DNA of 64,000 nucleotides from Carcharhinus amblyrhynchos (taxonomy: Eukaryota): assembly GCA_965287045.1 (NCBI GenBank), contig OZ336873.1:44764001-44828000 (forward strand), given 5' to 3'. The stretch's first letter is position 1; each line of letters opens with the position of its first letter. A model generated the notes under the pieces. It searched no databases. It was not told the DNA's origin and saw only the letters and a program-made list of their open reading frames with translations. Positions 38,591 to 51,754 of the stretch are shown piece by piece. The translations under genes and the position numbers were made by a program.

Positions 38591-39384
38591 GTGAGTAACA
38601 TTCTTTACAAAACTTTAATCTTTTTAAGATCCTGAGATTGGTGGGGTGATCTGTCAGGATTGGAATCTCCTCGCCGTTTGTACAATCCTTCCCCTCCTTA
38701 AGGAATTGTTGTTCAAAGCTAATTTAGTTTTATAATGGGTGATCTTTCATGTTATGCTTTCAGGTGTTTCACACATGTATTTATATAATTATCATCTGAT
38801 GAGTTTATTTTGATTTTATATGAGACAGCTTGATTTAAATGTTTTTGAATTACTGCAATTATTATAGGCAAGTTTAAAGTTGCTTGAACATGAAGAATGC
38901 ATTTATTTGACTTAGTTCTGGTACATGCCAAATGATATGAGATTAATAATTGTAATGCTGAATATGGGATTATAAACCAATTTGTGAGTCTTGTTGCTGT
39001 TGTGTCGACTAATGTGTCCTGAAACCAGATCTTAGGGGAATAGGGAAGACTTTGTGGACCACTAAAAATGGCAGGAGGAACCTAGATCTAGAAGTCCGGC
39101 CCCGTTTCTGACATCCAGTTTTTGCCAGCAGAGCAGGGTGTGATTCAGCTAGAAGGGAAACCTGAACTCAGTAGGACAATTTGTATTTAGTTCAAACAGA
39201 TCCCATTTGGCTGTTGTAAGGGCCTTGACCTGCAGTGTGTCACAAATTGATGGCGTGGGCATAAAAACTCCAGATGAAATCTGAAAACCATCAAGGTGTG
39301 ATGATTTTTAAATCCCTTACTTTTCAATATCTAAGCAAAGTGTGCTGCAGTTTCATGCACTGAGTTTAAAAAAAAAACTCCTGA

Positions 39385-39586
39385 TGGACTGCTGTGGGAG
39401 TAGGTGGATTTGCCGTGCTAGGTTGCCTCTTAGTATTCCAAAATGTGGAGGTCAGGGGGATTAGTGGGGTAAATGCTTGGGGTTACAGGAATAGCACAGA
39501 GATTGGGCCTGGGTAGGATCTCTGTTGGAGAATTAGTGCAGACTCAATGGGCCGAATGGCCTCCTGTTGCACTGTAGGTGCTATAA
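39385..39586 (+). mobile_element. HE1-like SINE 3' half (variant)
   Basis: gactcaatgggccgaatggcctcc tail. Confidence 0.65.
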
Positions 39587-39940
39587 GTGACAAGCCATCC
39601 GTTGCAGGTTAGGAAAAAAAAGTAGCATCTAGTCATGCAGTATCAGTAAAGTTCTGTGTTGACATTTCCTCAAGGGCTATTATTATGTCATTATGATTAC
39701 TTGGTTGAACTTCAAAATCTACAAGTTGTTCATTGGGGGTTTAGAGTTCATGGTTTGACAGTTTAAAGAGGCTACTAAAGGATTAGTAGTCATTGATGTG
39801 GGCCTTGAATAGAAGAATAGATGTTTGTTTTTACAAGAGATTAACCATTTGAAATTTAAGATCTTTGGGTTTTATGAATGAGTTTTTTCTCACTGTTAAG
39901 TGTGCAAAAGTAAGCTGCATTAGAATTTTTTTTATCTCCA

Positions 39941-40253
39941 CATGGTGGCACAGTGGTTAGCACTACTGCCTCACGGCGCAGGCGTCCAGTTATGAACTCC
40001 AGCCTTTAGTAACTCTGACTGTTGGTGTGGAGTTTGCACGTTCTCCCCATGTCTGCATGGGTTTCATCCGGGTGCTCTGGTTTCCTCCCACACTCCAGGT
40101 TAGGTTGATTTGGCCATGCTAAATTGCCCCTTAATGACAGGGGGATTAGCAGGGTAAATATGTGGGGTTATGGATATATGGCATTGGTGGGATTATTGTT
40201 GGTGCAGACTCGATGGGCTAAATGGCCTCCTCTGCACTGTAGGGATTCTATGA
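39941..40253 (+). mobile_element. Full-length HE1-like V-SINE
   Basis: ggtggcacagtggttagcact head, V-domain, gggattctatga end. Confidence 0.85.
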
Positions 40254-41467
40254 TGGTGCCTGAGGTCTGCCCATGGTGAATAACAGTGAGTAGCTATGAA
40301 AGTGGTATGAAAATGCATGGGAGTGGTTGGGGGAGTGGAGGTTATGAGGGCTAGGTGGGGTGAGTGCGCACAGAAGGTATGAGGGGCCATGTGGTGGTGA
40401 GGAGCATGAGCTGGCATGGAATGTATGAGGAGGCATGGGTGAGGGCCTAACAGCTTGTGAAACAAGCTGACAACAGAAAACTGAGGTGAGTGAGCCTTCA
40501 AACAAGCGAGCCTCAGCACTCACCCACCTCCATGAGTGCTGTGCTCTGCTTTCAGGCCTGACCCGTCCCTATCATCCCGGAGTGGAAATCATGTGATTTG
40601 GGGTTCCTTTTACCAAAACAGGTCTGGTAGAAAATTTCTCCACTTGAACTATCTGCCTTGGTAGCGAAAATCCAGTTCTGAATATGACTTGTGTTACTGA
40701 GGTAGAATATCTTTTATGTTGTCCAAAATCATGTGGATGGTATTCAGATTTGACTTTACTGAACAGTGTCAGTTTTGGCACTAAGATTGTGATTTTGAAT
40801 GGAAGTGTCATTTTTATGCAAAAGTGGATTGTCTGCACGTGCCCTAGAGTAATACTATATCATGAAAAACCCATTGCAGCTTTTAAAAGTTGTGACCAGT
40901 GCTAAGTTTGGACTCATTTAATTTCCTATCCTGTACACGCAGGCCAGACTGAATCTCCCTTTCTTTTGTCAATCTCTTTGCAAGGCCGTTTTCAAATGAA
41001 TATTGCTTTAAAAGTATTTTTTGAAAGAGCACAAGCTTTTTTAATGAAATCACAAATGCCTTAAAGAAGAGCCTCATTCAGTCTTGGAAGTATTGTTTTG
41101 ATTTAAAATGCCCAGTTCATTTTTGTTAACAGAACAAGGTGTCTGTTATGGCAGGAGATCATTGTACTTTTGAACTTGAAGTGATAACAATGACTCATTT
41201 TTCTGCTCTTACTGTTACAGTTTGCTGAGTACTTTTCACAATACTTTTTGTTTCTTATGTAGCCCCATAGGAATGGTTTTGCTCTTAAAATACAGCAGTT
41301 GCATTTGAACCAGTAACTTGACTTCATAAAGTGGTGACTGCCTGCTATAACACTTGCTGCTGATGAGCAATGTGCAACAGGGACTGCAGATTACATCACC
41401 TAGACATCTTGTGAAATGTGCAAGAAGAATCAGCAGTACTAGGCTGGCTCTGGCAGCTGTAATGTGG

Positions 41468-41480
41468 GTTACTAGGCAAC
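41468..41480. promoter_or_regulatory. Candidate RFX X-box (GTTACTAGGCAAC) in a TE-poor intronic block
   Basis: Fits GTYRCY-N-RGYAAC; motif match only. Confidence 0.3.
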
Positions 41481-41869
41481 AGTGATAATTGCATTATCTT
41501 TTGGAGCTGTGGGTGGAAAACATGTCAGTGGCTAAAGATTACCATATGAGGATGAAAAACACTGACAGTCACTTCCTTTTACTGGTGTGTAACTGAAAGA
41601 AAAAAGATTTGAAGTAAAAGTGAAATGTGTAGTGCATCAGAAGAGAGAGAAGCATTGTAAAGTCATTCACTGTAGATCTTCAGATATAAATTCCAATTGT
41701 TTATGTAAAGAAAGCTGCAGTGAAAGGGCAGCATTGCCGTGAAGCTACAGTCGCTTTTGTGATTGTCTCCATTTACAGCTGATATTTAACTGGATGTGAA
41801 ATGCTTACTTGTTCAGAAATGATTGCGACTCAATGTTCTGGTTAACTGGGCATTCCTTGTATGCTGGAA

Positions 41870-42020
41870 CTGTGGGTGGCAGGGGACTCCAGGTTTGTGG
41901 GCAGCAGGAAGTTCGGCCTTGAGTGGCAGGAGGCCCCAGGTTCGGGCTTGTGGGTGCCAGGAGGCCCCAAGTCTATGCCTGTGGGCAGCAGGAGGGGACA
42001 GGTTGTGGGCGGCAGGAGAA
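41870..42020 (+). repeat. Degenerate GC-rich minisatellite (gtgggyrgcaggagg core, about 6 units)
   Basis: Recurring gtggg..gcagga(g) every ~22-31 nt. Confidence 0.6.
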
Positions 42021-43344
42021 TAGCTTTACATTAAAGATGGAGATCTCAATGGTGAAATTGATGTATAAGAGTTGTCAGACAACATTTCATCTTGCAGTAT
42101 AAGTAGGCATTGTATTTGTCACAGCTTTGTCTCTGTAATAATACACATCCACAGAAGTACAATCACATTTGAAAGCTGCTTTTAAGATTGAGATATAATA
42201 TGTCTTGGTACTCTGTTGGTGTTGTAACCATAAAATTCATCATGGAAACAGGCTCTTGGGACCTGTCGAGGTGCTTGGCAGTTGCATTTGTGTTGATTTG
42301 AAATACAAATTTTGTTTTTGTGATGAAAATCAATTTGTCCAACCAACCAACTAATACCAATCACTGCTTTTTAAAATCAGTTACTAAGTTTAGGTTCTTG
42401 CCCAACCCCCCTAAAGCATTTGATTAACAAAGCACAGACCCTTCTATTCGAATAGTTGGCATTTTTACAGATCTGTTTTGATGCAAACAACTCTAATTTT
42501 AAACCTGACCAACCAAGCCCAAAGTGGTGATTATACTTTGTACTGTATAGCAAAGTAGTTACGTCATATTATCATTGATGTCTTGTAATAGGATTACTGC
42601 CTTTTTGCACAGTCAAAAGCATGATCGTGATATGACTTTGAATAAAACTGCTGGCTTCTTAGGGGACTGAAGACTGTATTCAGGGACTGAAGACAATTGG
42701 CAGTCAACTATAGAATTACCAACAAGGGTGACCAATCGTCCAGTTTTGAGATGATGGCTGGCTTTCCTTCTCATGAACAATTTGATTGCCTTCAGAAAAC
42801 TTTAGATATGTTATGGGATTGTATTGATAACAATTTGGCAGAATCTTTATGTAGTCACTAAGTTTATTGTTTAATTGAGCTCAAATGGTTACCAAACATT
42901 TATTTTTCCAAGTGTTTACTTAACAGATTGGATTCTTTTGTTTTCTAAACTTAGGCTATGTTGTCTCTAGAGAGTTACTTCAGGGCATGAGAACATCTTC
43001 AATTTTTGTTGTGGGGGTTGGGATTTTGTATCAACAAGGGAAACATATGCTGCAAATCTGTTGAAATGTGATTCATGAGAGACGACGTTAGTGTGGAGGC
43101 TGACACAGCAGGAAATAGAGCAATGCTTTCAACCAAGCTTTATGTTTTTCTAATTAAGTTCACCAGTACAAGAGTGTTACAGAAATACTCTTTTCTTAAA
43201 CCAATGTGTGCTTCTACCCATGAAAAGCAGCAGCTAGGTCTTAGTATTGCATTTCCACCTCTGCAGTCGGTCATTCTGGGTCTGATTGAAATGTGAAAGT
43301 TTGCCCGTTATTAACTTTCCGGTTTGTGTAGATTGCAAATGCAA

Positions 43345-43590
43345 TGTGAGAAAAAGCTTTCGCACAGAATGAGCAGTTCAGGTCTGGAATACACTGCCTG
43401 GAAGTGTGGTGGAGGCAAGTTAAATCAAGGCATTCAAGAGGGCATTAGATGATTACTTGAATAGAACCAATATGCAGGGGTGTGGCCAAAAGGCAGGGAA
43501 ATGGCAGCAAGTCATGATGCTCGTTTGGAGAGACAACACAATGGGCCAAATGGCTGCCTTCTGTGCCATAACAATTCTGTGATTCTGTGA
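43345..43590 (+). mobile_element. CR1 LINE 3' end
   Basis: tggaatacactgcctgga...caatgggccaaatggctgccttctgtgcc with (ATTCTGTG) tail. Confidence 0.75.
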
Positions 43591-45352
43591 CCTGTTTTGA
43601 GGCGGAAATGCAATAGCTATTGAAGAGAAAGGCCCCAAGTGATTCACACACATGTTATTTGGACTGTGGAATATGTAACTTAGATTTCCTTGAGCCAGGA
43701 TGGAAATATGCCCTGGATTTATATAGAAGATTAAATCATGCTGCCCACATCCAATTCAGAATGCTTCAAAAATGGAGCTGCTATTTTGTTCAGTTCTGTT
43801 GCTAATTAAAATGTAACCTGTTCTACTGTACAAAGCTCATCTATAATGGTACATAAATGGTGGTTAGATAGCAAATGTAGTTAAGTGTAGTTACTTTTTA
43901 AAAATCTTTTGTTTGTGTTAGCATCCGCTGTAGCTCTGTTTGGAAGCATGAGGATACTGTTGTGCACTGTATGTTAGAACTATTGGTGCATTGGTTCTCA
44001 CTTTGTATCCCAGATGGTCACTTGCTGGATTGCTTGGTTGGCCTGTTGTAAGTACACGCTTGCGTAGTACAGGTGTTTCCCTATGAAGCAGAACAATTTC
44101 GAGGAGTGGCAAATTAAGCTCCCTCCATCCACTTATTCATATCCAATATGAGAGCCCTGGCACTTCATATGGCAAGTATTGGGGAGGTGGTGTGGAATGG
44201 GATGGTGTGTGTGTGTTTATATAATGGAGAAGGTGAGAGTGACGTCAACAATAATTCCAGTTGAGGAATGGATGAAGTATGTGATATGTAAGATTAGGTG
44301 GGTGATCACAGATATCAATGTTGATTTGTGTAAAGGGGAAGGCTGGTGGGAATACACATTCCTAACTCTTTGATTAGTTGAATTATCATGATTTAATAAG
44401 GTACCATATGACATTACTGCATTTACCCTTTGCATGTGTAACTGTCTCCCAGCTTTGAGAGAGTCTCCAAACTGTAAAACACATGGAACAGGCAGTTTCA
44501 ATAACTTTAAATTCTGTTTCTCATGAGGGATTTCAGCGCCTCACTTTTGAGAATATAGCCTCTAATTTCCCCAAGTTGCAGCTTCAACTTGGCCTGAAAG
44601 CCCTTTTTTGCTTCTTGTGCCTGCAATGAGTAGTAAGACAGCTGGACTCCAGCTCGGCCTGCCCCAACAACCTCCCAGTCACTCAATTACTTAGTCCGAG
44701 ACTGCATCCCACAGTATTTGCTAGGCTGCGGCAGAGTCTATACTCGGACATAATTCCTGCTTCCAAGCTGTGTTGCTGCCAACCTTCTTCCGTACTCCAA
44801 CTCTCAGCTGTTCTGAACAACTTAGGCTGATTGGTGTACCAAATTGACACTATTCTCCCCTGAATCTGGCTACATTAGGGGTTCCATTCACATACACACA
44901 GGGCAGGGTAGGTGTAGGAAAATGCTTTGTTGAAGGGGTGGCGTGGGCTCGTTGGGCTGAAGGGCCTGTTTCCCGTGCTGGGTTGTTCTTTGTTTTTTTT
45001 TGTTTTTAACTACTTCTCCAGGGCTTCATAAAGCCCAAAGTCCTCAGCAGCACAGGGCTATCAACATTTCCTGGGACTTCTGTGAGCCCCAGCTCCCTCA
45101 GCAGCATGGAGCTAATGACAGCACTTCAGTACCATGGAGCTCATCCTCCTCTTTATTTGATCCTGACTCTGTCTTGTGGGTACTCTTTCATGTGCAGACA
45201 GACATGCATATACAGACACCTGCATACACATCCCTCTCAGGTCCCATGGTTAGGTTTTCACACTAGACACTGGTCACATGATCAATTTTTAGTACTGCAT
45301 ATTGCGTAGACTCATTGCTGATCCATCCTCTGACATCCATTAACTAGAATTG

Positions 45353-45372
45353 CCCCCCCCCCCCCCCCCCCC
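45353..45372. repeat. Poly-C run (~20 nt; G-run on the minus strand)
   Basis: Seen directly in the sequence. Confidence 0.9.
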
Positions 45373-46011
45373 AAGGAAACCCTACAGACCAAATTTAAAA
45401 GAGATGGATTCCCTGACAGTGATGCAGCCTGATTAAATTTGCAGGGAGCACTCAATCATTCTATAGAAAGAGTTTAGTGATTGCTCTATTAATGGAGTAT
45501 GTAAATAATATTGATTATGGTTTTAACTAAGAGTTGATGATTAATCTCTCATCCCCTGCCACAGCTTATTTATGCTGCACTTACCTCATGTCAGAAAGAG
45601 CCATATTCTCTCCTGCTCATATTTTTGTCTTTCAGAAAACTCGCATGATCTTTGGTTTTCTCATTGGTTTTTCATTACTTTTATGAATGTGTATTTATTG
45701 AGTAAAATCTGACTATCTGAGTAAAGAGAGTCATACGCTTGCTGCGTAGTTCATTTACAATTGGTTTATTTTGAGCTGGAAATAGGCCTGAAAAGGACTG
45801 TGTGTTTGAATGATCCATTGTGGGTGTTAGCACAAAGAATTGAACTGAGGAATGTACTTTCATGCCTCATCAGCAACTGTGAATTTATAAGTGCTGGCAG
45901 CATGATAACCTTTCAGAATATGTCTAGAGCTAGTGAGACCATAATGGAAAACTGAGTTGTAAGCATTTCATTTTGGGCTTGTATCTAAATGCAAATTGTA
46001 GAAGAATAATT

Positions 46012-47035
46012 TCATAGAACCATAAATTGGTTACAGCACATCACTTGTCCCTCATGTCTGTGTTAGGCTCTCTGCAAGAACAGCTTGCCTAGTCACACTC
46101 TCCCACCCTTTCCCCCATGGTGCTACGAGTTTTCTCTCCTCAAATAATTCTTCAATTTTTTGAAACCACAATTGAATCTGCCTCCACCATGTTCTTAGGT
46201 GGTTCTGCCCATTCGCTCCATAAAAATGTTTTTCCTCATGTCACCGTTGCATGTTTAGTCATTCGTCTTAAATCTGTGCTCTCTGGTATTCTACCCTTCT
46301 GCCAAAAACAATTACACCCTCTCTACTCTGTCCAGCTTCCTCATGACTTTCAACTCCTTCATCAACTATCCTTTTAGTCTTCCTGTCTCGCAAGAAGAAC
46401 AACTCAGCTATTCATAATTAATGTTCCTCATTCCTGGAAAAATTTTTGTGAATCATTTCTGTATCCTCTCTAATTCCTTTACGTCTTTCCTAAAGTGTCA
46501 TGCTCAGAATTGGACACAATTTTCTAGATGAGGCTGTACCAGTATGTACAGGTTTATGTAACTTCCTTGTTTTTGCATTGTATGCTCCGACTTGTGCAAG
46601 TCAGGATCCATTATCTTTTATTAACCACTTTTTCAATCTGCCATGTCACCATCAAGGATCTGTGCTCGTATACTCCTAGGTCCCTCTGCTCCTGCATTTC
46701 CTTTATTTTTTATGCTTCTCCTCATTCCTCCTACCCAAATGAATCGCTTTACATCTTGTTGCATTAGCTTTTGCCTGCCATGTGTTTACTATTCTACCAG
46801 ACTGTCCATGTCTTTTTGAAGTTTAGCTGTATCTTCCTTACAACATTTGCAAGTATTGTGCATGGTATCATCCCTAAGTTCTGATCTTGTGCCCTGTACA
46901 TCCAAGTTTAGTTCAGGAAAAGCACTGACGCCTGGGGAATTTTGCTATGTATCTTTCTCCAGAAAAACAACTATTTAGCACTGCACTATGTTTCCTGTCA
47001 CTCAGACAATTTGTATCCATGCTGCTGCATGCTTT
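46012..47035 (-). mobile_element. Decayed CR1 LINE
   Basis: catagaaccataaa tail and CR1 ORF2-like antisense sequence similar to 61330-62400. Confidence 0.7.
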
Positions 47036-47037
47036 TT

Positions 47038-47580
47038 ACAAGGTACAGACCATATCCAACCAATCCTTGCTTGCAAAATTCAAAGCACAGCGTCAAACAT
47101 TAGATATGATTCTGCGATTGAACAACGTTTGCGAATAATCCTTGGTGTGCTAAAAAAAATTATGCTGACAACCAACTTAAGATTGTCAGCCTTACTCTGG
47201 CACATTTCCAAGTACGTATATGAATATAAAGGGCCCTGTTTTTTGCAAACAAAGAACAGGTATACACATTGCACCTGTTTCAGATGAACAAGATAAGTGA
47301 CAATCATTCTTCAGGGTCATATCTTAGCCAATCAGAGCCAAACTGCCTGGTTTAAATTTCAAACAACACTTAGTAGTTAACAGCCAGTTACGTTGAACGG
47401 ATATCTCCACGGCACCTTCTTTGCCAGTCAGCACTCTTCTTCTCATACAATATAAATTTATTATTTCTCCTGACACTGGTATTCTTGCGAATTGTCCTGA
47501 TGAGTGCAAGCTGAAAATCTTTAACAAAATGTATCTCTCTCAGCAAGATTCGAGCTTTGTATTGCCAAGCAACTATTAAC
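47038..47580 (+). mobile_element. Penelope-like element 3' end (GIY-YIG C-terminus plus pLTR, third family)
   Basis: Frameshifted SNIRYDSAIEQ..NNPWCAK.NYADNQLKIVS..KGPVFCKQ..QVYTLHLF; downstream tgtc-CTGATGA-gtgcaagct-GAAA at 47497-47516. Confidence 0.65.
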
Positions 47581-48139
47581 TAAAGGTATTGAAGGAATAT
47601 GGAGGCAGGTCACAGGTCAATCACAATTTGATTGACAGGCTGAATCTAGTGATTAATTGACCTTTTTTGTACACATATTTTGAAGTGTAGTAGTTTGAGG
47701 CTGGAGATGCTTTGCTTGTTGAAATGTTTCTACTGCAGCTACTTGGAAGCAATACCCACTAAACTGCTGACCATCCCATGTCCCTTTCTGTCTCTCATAA
47801 AGGCCAAGGTTATAAATGACTCCTTTCAAAATCACTATCATTGCCTATGTTCTGAAATAAAATCTATCTTTAACCAATCTATCCTTGCTAACTTCCATTT
47901 CATCTTTAATGTTCTTTTCTTATGCAACTTATTGTAATTTCCCTATGTTCGTCTTCCCTGAACTTTATCTTGGTGTATTCAGATATGTTTTTGCCCCTTT
48001 GAGCACAGACTGCTAGATCTTTTTCACATATGTGCTGGGAAATCTTTGACACAGAGAGGTTAGCTTTTATGTGAATGCTGATGACACTCACCTCTTGACC
48101 CTTCCACTGATGCTATTGGGCTACTTTTTCAACACCTAG

Positions 48140-48600
48140 TCTCAGATGAACTATAATCTCCTCCAACTGAACATTAGCGAGGCCAAATCTGAGTCTTTTT
48201 TTCTTCCAAGATCTCTTGCCACCAATTCCCTGGCCACTCTCGGTAAGCACCAGGCAGTTTTCACTTTCAATAATCAAATCAAAGTCGATTTAGGATTTAG
48301 CCCCCAATCCTTTTCTTCACAAAGACTACCCTATTTAATTTCTGTGATCTCACCTGCCTCTATCCTGACCACAACCCATCTGCCTTTGAAATTCTCGTTT
48401 AAGTTTTTCATACCTTCAGATTTAATTATACTAATGCTGATGTGACTGGCCTCCCATCCTCCCCGATTTCTCAACTTCAGTTCATCTAACATTCTGCTGT
48501 TTGTTCCAGTGCCCCATCTTTGCTGAGATACATTAGCATCCTGATCTCCCAACAATTCAAATTTTGAAATCTGTTCCTGCAATTTGAATGCTCTTTGACC
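48140..48600 (+). mobile_element. L2 LINE fragment
   Basis: MNYNLLQLNISEAKSE resembles the L2 WM..NFLQLN..KTE motif. Confidence 0.6.
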
Positions 48601-48745
48601 TCTTTATCTCTTGTGTTTTCTTTCATGTATAAAAAAAAGAGTGTTGTAATTTAACGTCTCATTTTAAAAATCTTACGTAGTTTGGTTCAAAGTGATCTAA
48701 TTGAAATGATTGTTCACAAGCAGAAGTTTAGAGAGGGGGCAGTCA

Positions 48746-48926
48746 TCTGAGAATTCCTTAGGAGCCTTCTGAGAATTCCTTAGGAGCCTTCTGAGAATTC
48801 CTTAGGAGCCTTCTGAGAATTCCTTAGGAGCCTTCTGAGAATTCCTTAGGAGCCTTCTGAGAATTCCTTAGGAGCCTTCTGAGAATTCCTTAGGAGCCTT
48901 CTGAGAATTCCTTAGGAGCCTTCTGA
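48746..48926. repeat. Perfect tandem repeat (TCTGAGAATTCCTTAGGAGCCT) x8 plus 5 nt
   Basis: Eight identical 22-mers counted directly. Confidence 0.97.
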
Positions 48927-49170
48927 AGTTTGACGTTAGAAGGTTCATTGCTTGGCCACAGTCTCAAATGGAGCTTGACATTGACAACTTCTCCCATTAT
49001 AATCCAGCCTTCCTACATAGGCTGTACCTTCTGTAGCCATTTTAAGCATAATGTAATATTGTTGACAGCAACAGTGATTATTACTGTAGAAATCACGGTG
49101 TTTTTTTCTTTCCTGTCTGCTAGTTTCTATACATATTTTTTCTTATAAAGTTTGTGTGTCTTTGTTTCAG

Positions 49171-49214
49171 GGCTTGCAGGGTTTGCACGTCTCTGCCCAG
49201 GAGACCAGTATGAG
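49171..49214 (+). CDS. RIPOR1: RIPOR1 coding exon 8 (GLAGFARLCPGDQYE)
   Basis: tttcag acceptor, gtgagg donor, 44 nt, phase 1/0; highly conserved RIPOR motif. Confidence 0.95.
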
Positions 49215-49699
49215 GTGAGGAAATACAGAAGAAGTATTTTTTTAACCTAAACAAATCTCAAAGATTTAAAATTTTCTCCTTTAACCACATTAAGTATCAC
49301 TTATTCTGACATGATATGTTTTTAGGCACTGTCTGCAGGATGTTGAAATATATCATTACATAGGTGGTGAAGTTCTTCATCCTTTAAGATCAACCTGTCC
49401 TGCAATCTCCCTATAGTTTGGAGCATTCACAAGGAGCTCTCTTAACTTCCTGATTGGCAAAACAAATGGTAACCATTTTTGGCAATTTTTCGAATTGTCA
49501 GAAATCGCCTCCTCATCTGAAGGTGCTGGCGACTTGGAGTAAGGATCCATTAGTAGCACACCTCACCAAAAGAGCCATTGTTCTTGTGAGCTTCAGCAGG
49601 CAGGGCCATAAGCTTGATCCTGTCTTTAACCAATGTCCACACATGCACTTGCTTCCAGCCTAGGGTCATCAAGCAGCAACTGTGAACCATATCCAACTC

Positions 49700-51200
49700 C
49701 AGTTCTTGGTCTATCATTGTGTAGGTTATGGCACTTCAAGTGCTTAACCAAGTATTTTCTAAATGTTTTGAGGGTTTCTCCCTCCATCATCCTTTCAAGC
49801 AGTAAGTTTCAGACCCCAACCACCCTCTAAAAAAAAAATTCTCTTTAACTTCCCTCTCATCCTTCTACCAACTACTCTAAGTCTTTGCCTCAAGTTATTG
49901 ACTCTCTGCTAAGGGAAAAAGGCCCTTCCTATCCACTCCATTCAGGCCCTGAATTTTATGTCATTCCATTTAATCTCCCCTCCGCTTCCTTTGCTCAAAA
50001 GAAAACAACCTCAGCCAATTCAATCTTAGCTCATAGCTGCAATTCTCCATTCTTGGCAACATCCTCATAATCTCCTTTGTACCCTCTCTAGTGCAATCAC
50101 ATTCTTTCTGCAAAGCTGTACCCAGACTGTATGCAGTACTCTCACTGTGACCTGACTAGTGTTTTACACAGTTCTGGCATTACCTTTCTGCTCTTATCCT
50201 CAATGCCATGACCACTTTATTGACTTGTTCTCCTACCTTCAGTGATCTTATGGACATGCATTCCAAAGTCACTCTGCTCATCTACACCTCCCAGAATCCT
50301 CCCATTTATTGTACATTTTCTTGCCTTGTTTGTCCTTCCTAAAGAGATCACCCCCACACTTTTCCAGATGGAATTTAATTTACTAGACTGTTCATCTGAC
50401 TATTTCACTGCTGAATTCTTGCTCGCCACAGCTTTCTTCCTCGCAATCGACCAATTTTTGTATTGTCTGCCAACTTCTTAATCAAGTCCACTATGATTAA
50501 GTCTAAATCATTGATATATAATCTGAGCAACTAAGGACTCACTACTGAGCCTTGTGGGCCCCCATTAGAAGCAACTTTTCATTACTCTTGGTTTCCTGCC
50601 ACTGATTGGGATCCAACTTTCCTTTAGAACCCATGACGTCTTAATTTTGTTCAGGTCTGCCAAGTCAAAAGTCTTACTAAAGTCCACATAAACAAATCAA
50701 ACACTATATCCTTATCAACCCCCACCTTTGTTACCCTCTCAAAACTCCCAGTCAAGTTAGTCAGACATGGCCTTCTCTTCCCTTATTCATGCTGACTATC
50801 ATTGATTAATCTGTGACTTTCCAAATGATGAATCATACTGTCCCTCAGAATTTTTTTCCATAATTTACCAACCATAGGGTGGGTAAATTTACCCACCACT
50901 CACGTAACTACTCAGCTTATCCCTTCCAACTTTTCAAAGTAATTGTACAACCTTAGCTGTTGGCACCATGCCTGTAATTGAAGAGTATTGAAAAACGATG
51001 GTCACAGTCTCCACTATTTTTTCTCCTTCATTGAGGATACATTTCATCTGAGCCAGATGATTTATCCACTTTCAAGATACTAAGCATCTCAACGCTTACT
51101 CCCTCACTATGTTTTCCCTATCTAATACTTCATGCTTCTTAACGATTATGTCTATTTCATCTGCTTTTTTTGTGAAAACAGATGCAAAATATTTGTGAAG
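49700..51200 (-). mobile_element. Decayed CR1 LINE ORF2
   Basis: Antisense CR1 RT-region similarity throughout (compare 61560-63000). Confidence 0.75.
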
Positions 51201-51628
51201 TTGGGCCCCCAAGCCTGTTTTATTTCTCTGTGATCCAGGTGGTGAGGTTATTGTAGCACTGCTACCTCAGCACAAACTGGGAATCATTCATGGGATTTTT
51301 GTATGTGCTTAGCTTGGTTCCTCACTGGATAAATATGCATTGGGGAATTTGCTTGAAAGCACAGTTGCAGCAAAGTTTACAATTTCATTCTAAACAGCTA
51401 TGAGTGCAGGAGATGTTTGGTAATAGTGCGCTGCAACACAAATTGCTGAAAATTGTAAAATGTATTAAGTGGTAGACTCTAAGCAATGAATGTTTTAATA
51501 CAACTGCTGTGGAAAAATCCAGATGTTGCAGCCTGACCACAGCCTTGCTATAAGTTTTGGTCTGAGAGGAAGTAGAGGGATGAATATATTTCTGATGAGT
51601 CATACATCTATCTAATATCTATTGGCAG

Positions 51629-51754
51629 ATATTCATGAAATATGGTCGCCAACGGTGGAAGTTGAAAGGTCGCATTGAAGCAAACGGGAAGCAAGTATGG
51701 GATGGTGAGGAGATGGTATTTCAGCCTCTTGTTACAGAGTTCCTCTCGATCAAG
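51629..51754 (+). CDS. RIPOR1: RIPOR1 coding exon 9 ([42 protein letters not shown])
   Basis: ggcag acceptor, gtaagg donor, 126 nt; overlaps ORF 51635..51826. Confidence 0.96.

Noticed and set aside
42662-42693. Short direct repeat gggactgaagac x2
   Set aside because: A small local duplication with no further structure.
48746-48926. CRISPR-like array
   Set aside because: The repeats are head-to-tail with no spacers, there are no cas genes, and the context is a vertebrate intron.
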